DNA of 64,000 nt. Source: Nageia nagi (Eukaryota; Plantae; Pinophyta). Each line of letters starts with the position of its first letter. The first letter of the stretch is position 1. The stretch covers positions 36,332,001-36,396,000 of the forward strand of contig JBITNC010000002.1 in the NCBI GenBank assembly GCA_050084985.1. The letters are read 5' to 3'. The translations under genes and the position numbers were made by a program. Shown here piece after piece: positions 1 through 14,113 of the stretch. The notes beneath the pieces were generated by a model, which did not search any database, was not told where the DNA came from, and was given only the letters and a program-made list of their open reading frames with translations.

Positions 1-3000
1 ACCATCAAATATTTTATTAGGATAATGAATGTTTGCTTTGCCTTTTCCATCTCTTTTCTTGAAATATTTGTTGTTGCCTTTGTTCCTACTGCTATGGTTA
101 TTATTCTTGTTGTTCCTATTACTATTGTAGCCATTGACTCTTTTCTCAAACCTTTATGAGGAAGAAGGATAAAATTTCTTTTTATGGTTGAACTTCTTCT
201 TGAAAGAAGTTTTGGTTGCTTTAAGAGCAACATTTTTATTCTTAGAAAAAATCAACACCTTGTTATTAAAGGTTTCCTCATGCTTCAATAGGTGGCTAGA
301 AAGGTTTTCAAGGGAGAATACTTTTTCTTCATCATCAAACCTTGTTTCTATAATCGTTATAAAGTTTTCAAATTTTGAATAAAGGATTTGAAGAATGTTG
401 AATACCATAAACTCATCATTGATCCAATTGCATCCACAAGTAATAAGTTGGGTCCTTAGGTCAATGATTTTGTTCAAGTAGATAGCCACATTTTCATCTT
501 CCCTTTGATGAGATTGAAGCAACTTTTGGAGAATGGTAAACCTTCTTGAAAAATTTGAACCAAGGTAGATTTGCTTAAACTATCTCATGCTTTCTTTATC
601 AAGGTTGAAGAGGAAATCATCAAAAGCACATCATCTAAAACTGCATGAAAAATCATGGAGGTTGCCAACTCATTCTTTATGTTGTAAGCCTCTAGTGCCT
701 TATCATTTGGAGAAGGTATAAGGTTCTCATTCACTATTTTCCAAAGCTTCCTTGCTTACAATTCAGCTCTCATCTATGGTTCCTAAATTCTATAGTTGGA
801 ACCATCAAGAATGTGTTTGGGTAAAAAATATTCTCTCATTTACTACACAAGAATGTGAAATAATAAGCATGTGGTTTCAATAAACAATATTAAATGTTAA
901 ATTTTTAACCAAGTAAGTAATACATGTTGCATTTAACACTAAAGACATACTTAATTTGATTCACAAGTGCAAATGTTTTATAATTGAAATAATAACCCAT
1001 GTACCCAAATACATTTCTCATTTCTAGAACTATAGATGTAGAGTGACATTGTTAAGGCTTATTTTCTTATCTAAAATTAAGCCTTCAATTGGATGCCCAC
1101 ACAAGAGAAGCCCAAGTCCTACCAATCCTCAACTAGTTCCCCTTGGGTAGTAATATACTCTCACAAGTAGAAGTACTAGCTATTTTCTAAGGTTTTGATA
1201 TTTATTGGATTGGCCAAATTATTAATCTTGATTAGGTTTCAAGTTATCCTCCTAGGTTATCAAGATAATCCCTGAATGGACATGTAGACATGTGGTATCA
1301 CTACACACATGCCTATCCATCTAATAGAGTTATGTCCAGACCAACAAAGGACTTAAGGATAATTGAGAAGTACAAACTTTTCACCATTTGGATCATCAAA
1401 CTTAAAGGCTCCAATTCGCCTATCCTCACCTCATGGCTCCCCAAACAAGTCATGTTACAAAATGTATATGTAGATGTATTCATTTTAGGGGGTTTCTCAT
1501 ATCAATGTTTACATTTTTATTTGCATAAATAAATAAAACAAAATGCAAAATATTAAGTAAAAGAGCATAAATAAAACATCATCCATTCAATTTGAAACCT
1601 AAGTGTCCAATGGATTTTGTTTACCAACCCCTAAAGGGCATCTTTTACATCAATCCTAATTTTGCATAAGACCATTCTTGCATAAAACAAATCGGCATTT
1701 ACCAATCCCATAACTTAAAAATATGCATAATTACCTTAAAGAAATAAGTAGCATGCATCTTTTAACTTAAAAAAGGTAGAAAGCATGCATTATTTAACTT
1801 TTAAAAATTTAAATATGCATCATTAAGAAAGAGTATACCTCATCCTTTTAATTTACATAATTTCATTTTTAAAAAAATGATAAATACTTGGCATGTATGA
1901 GAGACATCAAGGTTTATAAGCATAAAAAATTAAAGGTTAAGTAAAAAATTATAAAGATTTCTCCCCTTTTTAATTACTTAAAAAATAAATTTTCAAAGTA
2001 AGATGCTCTCTTAAATACTTAGGTAAAAATTATCTCAAAATAATTACCTAAGTAGTATTGAAGGTATTTTTGCCAAAAAGATTAGCCTAAAAAAAATAAC
2101 CTTCTAAGTAAGTTTCATGCTTAAAAATTATTTCTAAGTATAGAAATATATTTTCCAAAAAACAAAATTAGTCCCCTTTTTGAAATATTTAAAGAGGAAT
2201 GATGACCGAGTAAGAGGAATGATAATAAGAATTTAATTTTTGAAGTTTGAGTTTACTCTAACTCAAAAAATACTTTTACCTCAAGTACTAAACTTTTAAA
2301 GGCTCATCATCATAAACTTTAAAGCATGAATTTAATGTTTTTATCTGCATTAACATGTTAAAAATGATGGTCTATCAAAACTTTATTTGCAAGTAAAGCA
2401 AAAAATGCCTTGTACGCAACTATAAAATAATAAATTTAAAAAAAGTCAAAGAAAGGATTTAATGCCTAGCAACACAATAGAGAGAGTAGTGCAGCTGCAA
2501 GGTGGATACAAAGAGCAAAATGCAAGGGGAGGCATAGAGGGCTGAGCAAGGAAGGGCCACAAAAAGGAGAGGGTTTCAAAAACATTAAATTGCTAATGTG
2601 GAAGGAGAGGGCCCATGCAAGAGAAGGGATTGAGAGTTAAGTAGTGAGACCACCCCTCCTTTTATGCATAACCACAAGTATGTAATCTGAGTGGTGTGGA
2701 TCTATAGGAAATAAGGGCATGGAGGAGATCTTCAAAAAATAATGGATAGATTTAAAGGTAATGGATCTAGGCTATGTGTATCTCAATTAGTCAGGTTGGC
2801 CATGAAAGGAGCCTATGTTAGAGGGATACATGCGCTAAAGGGGAAATTTATGCTATGGAGGAGAGGAAGCTAGCTACAACACTGCTAAGAGGCCACCATA
2901 GAAAAAAGAAAGAAAGAAAGGCACCACCACTATAGCAAAAGGCACCAATGGCATGAGGAGGGCCTACAGAGGGGAGTATGATGGCAGTGCGATGGTAGGG

Positions 3001-3489
3001 AGCTGCAGGTAGAAAAGGAGAAATGCAATAAGAGAGGAATGGTAATAAACATTGCCACAATTATGGCAGAAGTAGCCATGAATCCATTTAATAGTGGTTA
3101 TTATCAGGGCAGCACTCTGGCCCTATAGGAGATAGTGAGTGCATGTAGCGGGATATATGGGAAGGGAGCATACCCTAGGTATCTAGGAGATCTATTGGTA
3201 AACAAGTAGACCAAATCAAGTTACAATGCATATGGAGTAATAAGGTGTGAGTTTCTTATGCCAGGGATGTGGGAGCCCTCACAGCATATGTGTAAGACCA
3301 TGTTGTATTAATCATCTTTGACGTAGTAGTGAGGGGCACATCATGGGTGAATGTCCAAAGTGCCCACATGGGTCAGCTATCCCCCCATAGATTTATATTT
3401 TACTTTATGCACTTAAATCCTTTTCTTCAAATCTTTTGTAAAGTTTGTAAGTATATAAGATCAATACAAACTATTTAAAATTTTCATAT

Positions 3490-3495
<6 letters not shown>

Positions 3496-3521
<26 letters not shown>
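3496..3521. repeat. (TA)n microsatellite
   Basis: Direct reading of the sequence. Confidence 0.9.
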
Positions 3522-3525
<4 letters not shown>

Positions 3526-3965
3526 GAAAATTTTATTAAAAAAAAACTTTAGTAAGTATATTGGACATTTACAGATTGTATTTAATTTTCTTTTTGTAAA
3601 TAAATACAAATTTATAAATACTAAACAAAAAATTGAAACTTTTACCTTATTTTTATACACATAAAGATATGTCTATATGGTAAAATTTTGCAAAACAAAT
3701 ATACTACTATATCATTTTCATCATACTATATTATTGTTGTCGTAAGCAATTTTATAAAAAAAATTCATAGCCATAATAAGTAAGCAAATTTTCTCAAGAA
3801 AATTTACATAAACAATGTTATAACTCATAAGGTAAAAAAACTTGAAAGAAGGGAGAAAATTATACCTTCAAATATTTTACCTCACCAAAATAGATGAAAG
3901 AAATAATGAGATGAACCTTCAAGGATATTGAAGAAGAGCCTTCACACCATTCTCTGATACCAATT

Positions 3966-4470
3966 TGAATGAATTAACACTAATAATATAATTCCTAAAT
4001 AACCAAGATCACATGAAAGCTCACTCAATCAACATTAAGAACTCACAAATAAGACAATCTCAAAAAGTAACTCAAGATGTAAAGTGGTTCCTCCAACTGG
4101 GGGTACATCCACTAATTAGATCTTTACTTCAATCACAAATACAACTCTCTTACAATCCTCCTAATCTTATCTCCTACACTTCTATCCTATAGCATAACTT
4201 TACTCCACAATTGGTATATGATCACAAAGAGGGAGCCTTCAATTTATAGACCAAAATCCCTCTTTGGATCACCCTTTTATCCAATGTACAATAACATGAC
4301 ATGCACATCCTTTTACCCAGGGGGCATGCTCATGATATGGAGTGTAGGACAAGTTACATTATCATATTCACTTAAATACTTAAGGTATCAAATGATACCC
4401 TTAAGTATTAGTGAACTTAAATAGAAGATTTAATACAAACCTTTACAATAATGCATTATACATTCCAACA
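3966..4470 (-). repeat. 5' LTR of the Copia element (~505 bp)
   Basis: Begins TG 3 nt after the PBS and ends TTCCAACA (minus TGTTGGAA). Internal CTATAAAT TATA on the minus strand at ~4242-4249. Partner LTR is outside the window, so the right boundary is inferred. Confidence 0.6.
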
Positions 4471-5279
4471 ATATTCATCCTCACAATGGTTTTAAAAAAT
4501 AAAATTACTAGAAAATGTATTTTGTAAATATGAGACTAATTAAAAACCTCAACTAAATAACATAATATATTATAAGAATAAAAGGGTGAAGGCAATGCAT
4601 AAATATAGAAGTGGGATGATAATACATAAGATGACAAATTGATAACATAGTTGAAAAGGAAGAGTGAATATGAAAGTAAATACATGAATGTATGTTACTA
4701 AATATTAGTGATCCTAAAATCATAGTATACATGGATAAACACTAAGGTAATTCAATAAAATATTGTAATAGTTTTCATAATTTATTTTTTATTGTTATGT
4801 ATCTCATCCTCATAGTAATCGTTAGTAATAATATGTATTATTAGTCTCAATATAATAATAATTATTTCACATGTATGAGATGACACAAGCTATCTATCAA
4901 AAGACTTTATAAATAATTCCCAAGTAGAAATCATATTTAAGATTAATATAAGACTAAAGTGTTTACTCTAAAGGAGAGAGCCCACTCAAAGTGGATCATG
5001 ATCTAAGTATTTATACATTTGTGATTTATTGATTATTTATTTATTTATTTGTGATATAAAGATTTTTTATGGTACTAGGTTTTTTTTTTTGCATTTAGGA
5101 TTTAAAAAAAAATGTATTATAGTATAAGTTATACAATTATTATGGTTTTTCAATTAAATTTTTTTATTAAAAAATAAAAATTGTAAAAACCTAATCATAT
5201 AAGTCCTATAATATATTAAGATTTTATTTTAAGTTATTTCCAACTATCATTATTCTTAGTTTATCACTGTAGGTATTCA

Positions 5280-8200
5280 AACATTCCTAGAGCTTAACAT
5301 GAGGGTTTTATACATGCTTTAGATGATCATGTGTTAAAATATATTGTCTATAAGCTCCAAATCATGGAGATGTTATAATTTGATCATGATTTTAATTTAA
5401 ATGAGATAAATTTTAATATATATCATCATCATTGCAATAACCGTATCACTACCTCTACATTCGCATACCATCAATAGTCTCACCTCATTTGCTTTATCTT
5501 CACTACATTATGGCTACAACTAATCCCATATAATATCATCATTCAATATTGGTTATCCATATTATGACCAAACTATATTTATCTTGTTGTAAACCTTGTT
5601 TCTCACTTTGGTCTTATTCTATAACCTTTATGTTTTTCCCTCCTAGTGTCACTAATATTCTCCACCACTTAATCATATTTCATTTATATTCCATTATTAC
5701 ATGACTACTAGTAACTCCAACAATGCCTATTCTAATCCCTAACAATACATCATCTCATCCACCTACTACCTTTTGTGGTCCTTACGTCTATATTTTCATA
5801 TTTGTATGATATCATCCTTCACACATTTCGATCTTACGTACCTATATCTGCTTGTGATCTAACATCACTCGTCATATCCAATATCATCCTTCATCACCTC
5901 AGATTCCTTTATTCACATGTATTATATGTTAATCCATCACTCATGTTTTTAAATATATACTTGTGCCATCCCTAATCACCATATTCTAATCCAAATTAGA
6001 GTTAAAATAAAAATGTTAGGTTTTAAAAATAAAATATTAGATTTTCATTTTTAAAGGAGAATGTTAGTTAAAAAAATTATTAATCTCTAATCACCTTAAG
6101 AGAAATAATGTTAGAGTGAATCTTGATTAAGACTCCAACAATCACCTCATACAAAATGAAAAGAAGAATCTTAGAGAAAATATTTTGGTTGAGACTCTAA
6201 TAAAATTGGTAGTAAATATCATTATGCTTAAAGAATGATAGGGATAGCCACATGGAATAGTGATACAGTCAACTCCAAGAATCCATTAACACTAAGTCAT
6301 CTTACTTGGACCACTCTCTAGTATTCTCCCCTTATCTAATTATGTTAACTTCTCCATCAAGTGATAGTTATCTAATAGAATTAATCCTCTAATGCAAATG
6401 ATGAGTGATGAAATATTATTCTAAATAGTAGCACTAGAGTTGGTACTTTATAAGTTTTATATGCACTAATGGTTAGTGTTTGTATATATTTCTATGTCTG
6501 ATCAATGAATATATAAAAGCTCAAAATGAGATAACTAGAGTAAGTAAGAACATAAAAATATATTTAGAATTTATCTTACTAACATGAAGAATAGGTATAA
6601 ATGGATTCTAATTTCATGTTTCATAGTGGCTTCATCTGTTAGATTTTGTTTATGTGATTTTCACATCCACCAAATGGTATTATATTCTCTTTATGGGTTG
6701 TAGTAGTTATAATAGATATGATTTTGCCTATATGAGACATTCAACTTATCATCTAAAGTGGCATGGTCAAATCCAAAACATGAATGGTATTCTCACACTT
6801 TCTTAATCACATGTTAAACTTTAAATCATACATAAAATATTTGATGTCCTTTTTGAGCACAAATTGGGTACTAATTATCACCTCCTTAATGCCTCATCAT
6901 TTATGGTGATAGAGTTTCAAATCTACAAATGATGCTTAAAATTTATATGCATGTTCCAAGCAAATAATATCTAGAGTATTGTGTTATTATTATCTTTAGC
7001 AAAGTTGGTATCTTGGATTGAAGAGTTTGATGGTGTAGAATGGAAGGGATATCATGGGTGCTTCTCACTACACAAATGTGGTTAGATTATTCAATCTCAA
7101 TAAACCTAATGTAAAATATTTTTTGGATCTTATTAATATTATGCAATCCTTTGTGAGGCATTATTAGAATGTATCCATAGCTCAACCCCTTAATTTCTCA
7201 AGCTATATTTTACTTTCCAATAATTTCAAGAGGTGGTCTCCTATATACTCTCCATCTCTAAATGATCCCTTTATTATAACATACTCATGATTAAAGATCT
7301 ATAAAAAAACTACCTTTTCTATGGATGATGATAAAGCTCCTAGATGTGATGGATTTCCTAATGAATTTTATAAAACTTTATTGAACATAATGCCTCAAGT
7401 CCTCTTTTAGGTCCATTTAGAAGCCTACAATACTAAATATTCAAATACAAGAGCTAAAATTAGTCTTAGGAATATTAAATGAATTCCAAAAATAGGAGAC
7501 CAAATTAAAATATATTAATAATTAGAGACCCATTATATTATCAAATATTTCCAATAAGATCATTTTCAAAGCATTGATACTTCATCTACACAACTAACTC
7601 CTGGTATTTATCCATCTAAGGAAATATGACTCATTAAAAGTATGTATATCATTGATAATATAATTGTAGTTTAGGAAGGGATAGAATGCACATGAATCTT
7701 ACAAAAAAAATCCTCTCCATCAATATTGAATTTATCAAATCCTATGATAGGATTGAATGGTCATTAATTTGAGGCATATTATAGGCCTTCAGTTATGAGC
7801 CAACCTTCATTCACTTAGTTAAGATGTTATTTATAGGTACCTCTACTTGTTCAATAATTAATGGAAGATAATCCTCATCCTTTAGCCTCTTTCAATTTAT
7901 TTGATAAGGATTCCCTCTTCCACCTACATTATATGTGCTAGCGAGAGAGGGGTTTAGAAACTTGCTTTCTTATGTAGTTTCTCAAGGCAAGATCAAGTCC
8001 ATATCCCTTCATCATTCCACCCAACAACTTAGTAATGAATATTTCATAGATTGTTTATTTATTACTCTTATTGAAGAAGAAGTAAGTATCATATGTGTTC
8101 TTCAATGTTGAGATATGTTCTACTCAGATTTGAGATGTAGCTTACAATAGCATAAAATATTATGTTACCATTAATCCTTCATTCTTAAGCTACTTATATT

Positions 8201-10200
8201 AAAAAATATAGGTGGAAATGGATTGAACAACTATGAAAAAATATTTTGATTTCTTGGAATTTCCTTTTCTTTTCAATCTTCTTCCTTAAAATTTAGGAAA
8301 ATTATAATTGCCTATGTAGAGAAAAATTTAAGTGGTGGATATCTAAACCATTATCCCTTATAGGAAATTTACAAGTATACACTAAGGTGCTTAAAGCAAC
8401 ATATGCATATCATTCCTACTAGGGCACTCCCTTTAAAGCATCATATTCACATCTAGTAAAGCTTATATGGGACTTCCTTTAGGGATCCTCGAAGTAAGGG
8501 AAAGGCTTCCATCATGTTTCATGATATATTTTTAATTTACCACACAATGTTGAAGGACTTGTACTTTTATATATACGATGATAAGACATTACCTTCTATG
8601 CCAAATGGGTCATTGAATCCTTAAAGAATAATGAAGCTTAGAAAAATATGCTTTAACATTGCATCACCTTAGGATCCTCTTACAATCATTGGGATTGAAA
8701 AGGGATTGGACTACATATTCTTTTGACTATTAAGAAAAATATTCAAATGTAGAGAACTTATGTAGTCAAAAACATTTGGAAAGCTTAGGAAGCCATTGAA
8801 CTCTAACTTTTATGAAATAAGATTGAATCCTATAATAAATTATCAATCAATCAATAAGATTTATGGTAATTTATTAGCATTACCTATTAGGACTGACCCC
8901 TTGCTAAAGTCTCATGGATTCACTCCTAAAGTTCTTTCACAAGGCGATTTGTGTATTTCATATTTATTTTCCATGTCAATCCGAAATTGCCCATTTTGGT
9001 ACGAAGCCAAAGCCAACATCAAAATGCTAAACTAAGATATGGAATCATATTAAGTAGTTGTAAATTCTATCTTTCCCCAAATATTATATAAAATTGGGAT
9101 GAAAGTATTCTAAATATGGTAGATAGATTGTAAATGGTATCTAAATACCCTTGATAATGTATACAATATGCAAGGGTTAATATTGACTTTCACCCCATTT
9201 ATTTATCGTTCAAAAGCTTAATGTTATATGTAGATTAATATCCTCCAACAACATATAAAAATGTAAATTCTAAAGAGTATGGCCCATCATTACCAAGTAC
9301 AAAATAATTCACCTTGCATAATATCTATTATATAAAGGCCTTCCCATTAGAGAAATATTGAGTCATCTAGGGTTGCCAACCAATGTTGTTTATTTTATAA
9401 ATGTAAAGAGAATTTTATTTAAACATATTTTTTGGTTCCATATCAGAACCCAATTTGCATGGATTTAGATTCATGAGTTTTTAAACCAAATTCGACCATT
9501 TAGACCAAAATCATTATCTTGGTCTATTGTTATCCAAGGTGATAGGCTCAACATGCTTACCAAATTCACTCCACTATGGCATGCATTTAGAATATAAATT
9601 TTATTTTATATAAAAAAGATAGAAATTCTATCATATTTCCAAAAATATAATTGATACTCATACTTTTGTTAGCTTTAAAGCTACAATCTACTCCAATGTA
9701 TTTTTACAATTTTATATTCAAAAGTGGTGGCTCATTCATAAACCTTTATGAATTATTGGATCAATGCACCATGTATGATAATCTTTATCTCTTCTTCCTC
9801 CCCACCATGTAAAAACACATGTAGAGAGCTTAAATGACATTAGAGGCAAAGACTTTAAAGCCCATCATCAAAGCTAATAACATAGACATAGAGATTGACA
9901 TTTCTTGTCACTTCACCTCCCTCAACTTTTTGATTAGGAGTTGTAGGATAGTCTAGTAATGAATATAATGATAAATTCCCCTACATAAATATTGTCATAA
10001 CCTTTAGGAGGGATAATGAGTATAACTAAATAGCGAAATTTATTGGTGAAGGTGCCAATTGAAACTAGGACCCCCCTTCGAATATCCATTATACACGCAT
10101 GAGCTTTATAGTTTCAACAACATATGTAGATTTATAGAAGCTTCACTTCAATAATTATTTTTGTTAATTATATAATTTTATGATTTTAAGCATTATTTCT
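5280..10200 (+). mobile_element. Degenerate L1-clade LINE (ORF1 remnant, endonuclease, RT); boundaries approximate
   Basis: Broken ORF2 motifs in order: DKAPRCDGFPNEFYK (~7330-7372, cf. KAPGPDG..EFYK), N*RPIILSN (~7520), EFIKSYDRIEW (~7728-7760, cf. DFEKAYDRVEW), *GFPLPP (~7905, cf. RQGCPLSP). Many stops and frameshifts. Confidence 0.75.
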
Positions 10201-10299
10201 AATATGGAAATAGGGTGTGATTTTCCATCAATCCATTTTTTATAAATAAGTGTAAAAATTATTATTGCTAATGTAATATAATAACTTTTTTTATGGAAT

Positions 10300-12487
10300 G
10301 TTTAGATTAGGAAGAGAGTGCGAAGGGTGGAGCTAGGGTTCCAAGGAATTGAAGGGGTTGGAATAGTAGGGGGATGGTGAGGAAGCAGAGGGAGGGTATA
10401 AGACAGGTGATGAGGGTTTAGATACAAGGTAACAATTTTACATAGGGGCCTTGGGTCCAAGAACTAACTCATATAAAGTTGTGGGCAATTAACCATCATG
10501 TTTGTTTGAAGGCTAATAAACTATAGGAAAACTTTGGGGATAGGTGGCCAGGGACTAGGAAGGAAAAAGAAATCAATCCACACTATAAATTTACATCCAT
10601 AATAAGGTAAACTAATTATTCCCTTAACTATTATTTATTTTATTCAAGCACAAGGGGCGTATGATTTGGTGGGTAAGTTTTTTTAACCTTGACTAGATTT
10701 GGATACTTTACAAAGATAGGTAGTAGGTAGATGGAAGCATTTTGGTTCACTCAATATTACAACCCTTTTAAAAGGATTTCTAGTCAATTTGGACTCATTG
10801 CATGATATGTAGAATATTTTGTCAAGTAGGCCATGGTTCTTTAGTACCATGGGCTTTTTTAGGAGAAAATGGGGACCAAATTTTAATCCCAATATCCAAC
10901 ATTTCAACATGACACCTATCTAGATTCAGTTGTTAAGCCTATTGATATAAAGCTGTCATGAGGATATTTTTGATGGGGATTGCAAGGGCGATAGGAATAC
11001 TAATAACTCAAGATCCTGTAATAAAGAATAATAATGTCCAAGCATATTTAGATAACATCCTTATGAATTTTATTACTTTGATCTCAAATTTATGCTCATG
11101 AGAGTAAGAGATAGAGTATGAATCTAAGCCTAGGGCTTGTTCCAACTATGGCTCAACTAGCCATCCTACCAATTAATGTGATAAAGAGAAGATAAAAAGG
11201 GGTAGCACTAACCCAATAGAGGGGAATCATAACAATATGGTACTGATAAACCAAGCATTATTTAAGATCCTATAGGAAGTGGTGATCAAATCATCTTTGG
11301 GGGAAAGGACAAAAGGATAAGTACCTCAACCCTAAAAAGAGAGGGAGTCAGTGCACCCTCCAGAAAGGTTTAGGTAGGATAATGATGAGAATACTTTAAC
11401 AAGGATGGACTACAAAAATATGGGTAAAGATGTTTATGTTAGGTGGTGGTCCAAATCGCTATAGAAGGGGTGGAAACTACAAAGACTCAATTAGGGCCCA
11501 ATGTAGAGATGAGTACCCAAGGATTTCAAATAGGGAAGTAGATCTTGAAGATCCAACCCTTACATCGGGCTCAATCTAACTTAAAGCTAGTGGAAGGAGT
11601 TTTCCAATATGTGGAAATAGTCCAAAATACATAATGGAATTTTCTAGAAAATAAAAGTGTAGAATGAGAGATTAGTTCCCCATACATAAGTAAGGAACAA
11701 CTAAATGAGACATTAATCTCGAAAGAGGGATTACAAAATGACATTTTAAGAATGAAGATTCTCCTTGATAAACAAAAAGACCCATTACCTAGTCTTCAAA
11801 ATGTAGTGACAAATTTGGATATGAAAGAAATCTACATAGTTAATGATGAAGAGGTAGCAAAATATATAACAAAGCTGTAAAGGATGATGGACATCAACCC
11901 TTTATAATAAAATGAGGAAGGCTTTAATAGACAAAGGTAGAGTAAAACTAACTTAGGAAGCCAAAGATAAAGTAGAAGCAAATTTGAGAAAGGCAAGGGA
12001 GGCCCAAAGATCCCCTCCCCCAAAGGTTTACTTCATGGTTGAGCAACTGTTGTAAGGCCAAGATTTTTCAAATATGTGACTAGAGTCATCATGTTTTTAG
12101 GAGGAGTACGTTTGAGGAGGTGGCTAGAAGGAATCAAGGGTTGACAAAGATCCCTGCAAGAAATTCTAGGAGTAGAAGAGGTAAATGTTAATCAAGGTGG
12201 TTTCTACGTTCATGTTTAGAAGATTTTGATTTCTACTTTAGTGTAATTTTGTTGTATTTCAAATCCTGATATTTTGACTTAGATGGTTGACTTAGGTTGT
12301 TTAGGTTAGACTCAATTATTTTTTAGAGATCTAGAATAGAAGCTTTTATTTTATGGTATAGGGAAGTAGATCATTGTTAGCTTTCAATATTTTGAACTTA
12401 TGCTATGGTAGATTGAATACCTACTAAAATTGTAAAAGGTCTGGGATCCTTTCAAAATCCTCGTTTTTGTCCAATAATAAAAAAAAA
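10300..12487 (+). mobile_element. L1-derived element containing only ORF1 (DUF4283 + zinc knuckle), a 3' UTR and an A tail (half-L1-like)
   Basis: GPWFF...RKWGPNFNP-like motif (~10828-10890), DGIARAIGILITQDP (~10972-11017), EYESKPRACSNYGSTSHPTN*C (~11113-11180, decayed CCHC). Then a T-rich UTR and AATAATAAAAAAAAA at ~12474-12487. No endonuclease or RT motifs seen. Confidence 0.65.
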
Positions 12488-13399
12488 TTTTTTTTCATAA
12501 AAAAATATCATTAACTTAATGTTAATTTCACAACTACAAATACATTATTAGGAAAATTCCTAATCCCTAACTCTCAAACTTCTTAAAAATTCTTATATGT
12601 TAAATTATAAATATAATAATATTCATCAATGTAAAAACTTAATTTTTTGTTGCATGGTGTTTCATTGTTTAATATTGTTAGTGTTTGTTTGATCTAAGAG
12701 GGATTAATTTCCTCATCATGTTTTATACCCTATTTTAGTTGGATTATGGCTACTATATGAGATGAGAAAATTAGATACAACTTTGTAGCAACAAAGTTGT
12801 AACAAATATTACCTAGATTATTTATAACAAAGTTGTAGCAATTGTCTTATAGTAGTAAGTATGCAATACTTTGAACTATTTGATATATAACGATACATCT
12901 TTTTGAAAATTTTTTTTTTAATAATATCCACTTTTTATATAATTTTTTTATTTATTAATTAATTTCATAATTTTCTAATACATGCAAAATTATTGAAATC
13001 ACTTGTAATTTCCATTGTAGAAATTCAAATTCAAAATACAATACTATTCTCATGGCTTAATAATTCTATTTCAATTCAAAACCCACTTCTAAAGAGTTTT
13101 CGATTACCCCTCCCCACCAACTCCTTTAACATGCTTCCATTAATTTTTTACCTTATAATTTTATACCCATTATATTATAAAACCACTTTGATATTTTAAG
13201 ATTGTCTGATTCTTTAAAATACTATGATATAATGCAATATACAAATACAATTTTATTCTTTTTGATAATTCTTTCTATAAAAAAAATGTATTTCATTATT
13301 TTCTTTTGATTTGCCGTGTGCCATGTTTCTAGAATAAAGTTCCACAATTCAATTGAACTCCCAAAAGATCCACAAATTACATCTAGAAGACCCCAATCC

Positions 13400-14113
13400 A
13401 TCCTTGAGGTGGGTCCCACCACACCCATGGGGTTTCACATGCCAATGCTCTCCTCCTTACGTTACTCTCTACCAAAATAGCAGATGACAACCCTCCAACT
13501 CTCCACCTAAATTTAGCCCCAACCCAACAACACATACACACACTTTACATTACAAAAACACATACAGCCTACATATATCATTATAAAACAACATACAACT
13601 TACATAAATCTTATTGTATTATATAATATATTTTATCATTATACAACTTACATATATCACTATCAAACAACTTAAATATATCTTATTATATTATATAATT
13701 TATTTTATCATATTTGAGAGTGAGATCCGGATTCGAAGAAAAAATTAAACACCTCCTATAATCCCCCTGCTTGCGCGCCGCTCAAACTCACCCTTCTCCC
13801 ATTATCCGATCCACGTCAGCATTCCCCAACCCCCGGGCGAGGATGTGGGTCCCACTTTCTGAAGAGGGTTTGTGGGTCCCACATCGACACGCCCTTACCC
13901 TCTATATATGTATGCACCTTCCCGTTAGTCGGTACGTAAGTGTGCTTCCATTAGGATCGCTAGGTCAAGGGTTCGAAACCCAGCCGCCGAAACCCATTGG
14001 TTTTTGCAAAAGATATCTCTATATAAGGTCTCCAGGAGAGGTGTTGCAAAAAGCATAGATCGATCTGTGGTGTTTCGAATATTTTTTTTGGTTTTAACTA
14101 CTGTTGGGAAAAA
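13400..14113 (+). promoter_or_regulatory. Promoter/5' region of the H+-PPase gene
   Basis: CpG-rich against a depleted background. TATA CTATATAAG at 14019-14027. GTGGGTCCCAC (class I TCP-type site) at 13409-13419, 13845-13855 and 13872-13882. CCACGTCA at 13811-13818. GCC box AGCCGCC at 13982-13988. Confidence 0.7.
13562..13711. repeat. Imperfect ~75-bp tandem duplication upstream of the H+-PPase promoter
   Basis: ATACA(G/A)(C/T)TACATATATCA...TTTTATCAT occurs at 13562-13640 and again at 13641-13711. Confidence 0.7.

Larger units (their letters stand above)
1..4470 (-). mobile_element. Ty1/Copia LTR retrotransposon, 5' part (5' LTR, PBS, ~3-kb leader, degenerate gag); continues off the left edge
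   Basis: Minus-strand gag remnants: HILDGSNYRI at ~790-815 and ORF 154-522 (YLNKIIDLRTQL...FNILQIL...FITIIETR...LSSHLLKHEE), resembling Copia Gag. tRNA-iMet-type PBS (plus TCTCTGATACCA, 3951-3962) lies 3 nt from a TG...CA-bounded LTR. Confidence 0.8.

Noticed and set aside
13925-14000. B-box-like GGTTCGAAACC (13970-13980) suggesting a tRNA or tRNA-derived SINE
   Set aside because: Only a 3-bp T-stem; no convincing A box, cloverleaf, acceptor stem or tail. It lies within the Pol II promoter.
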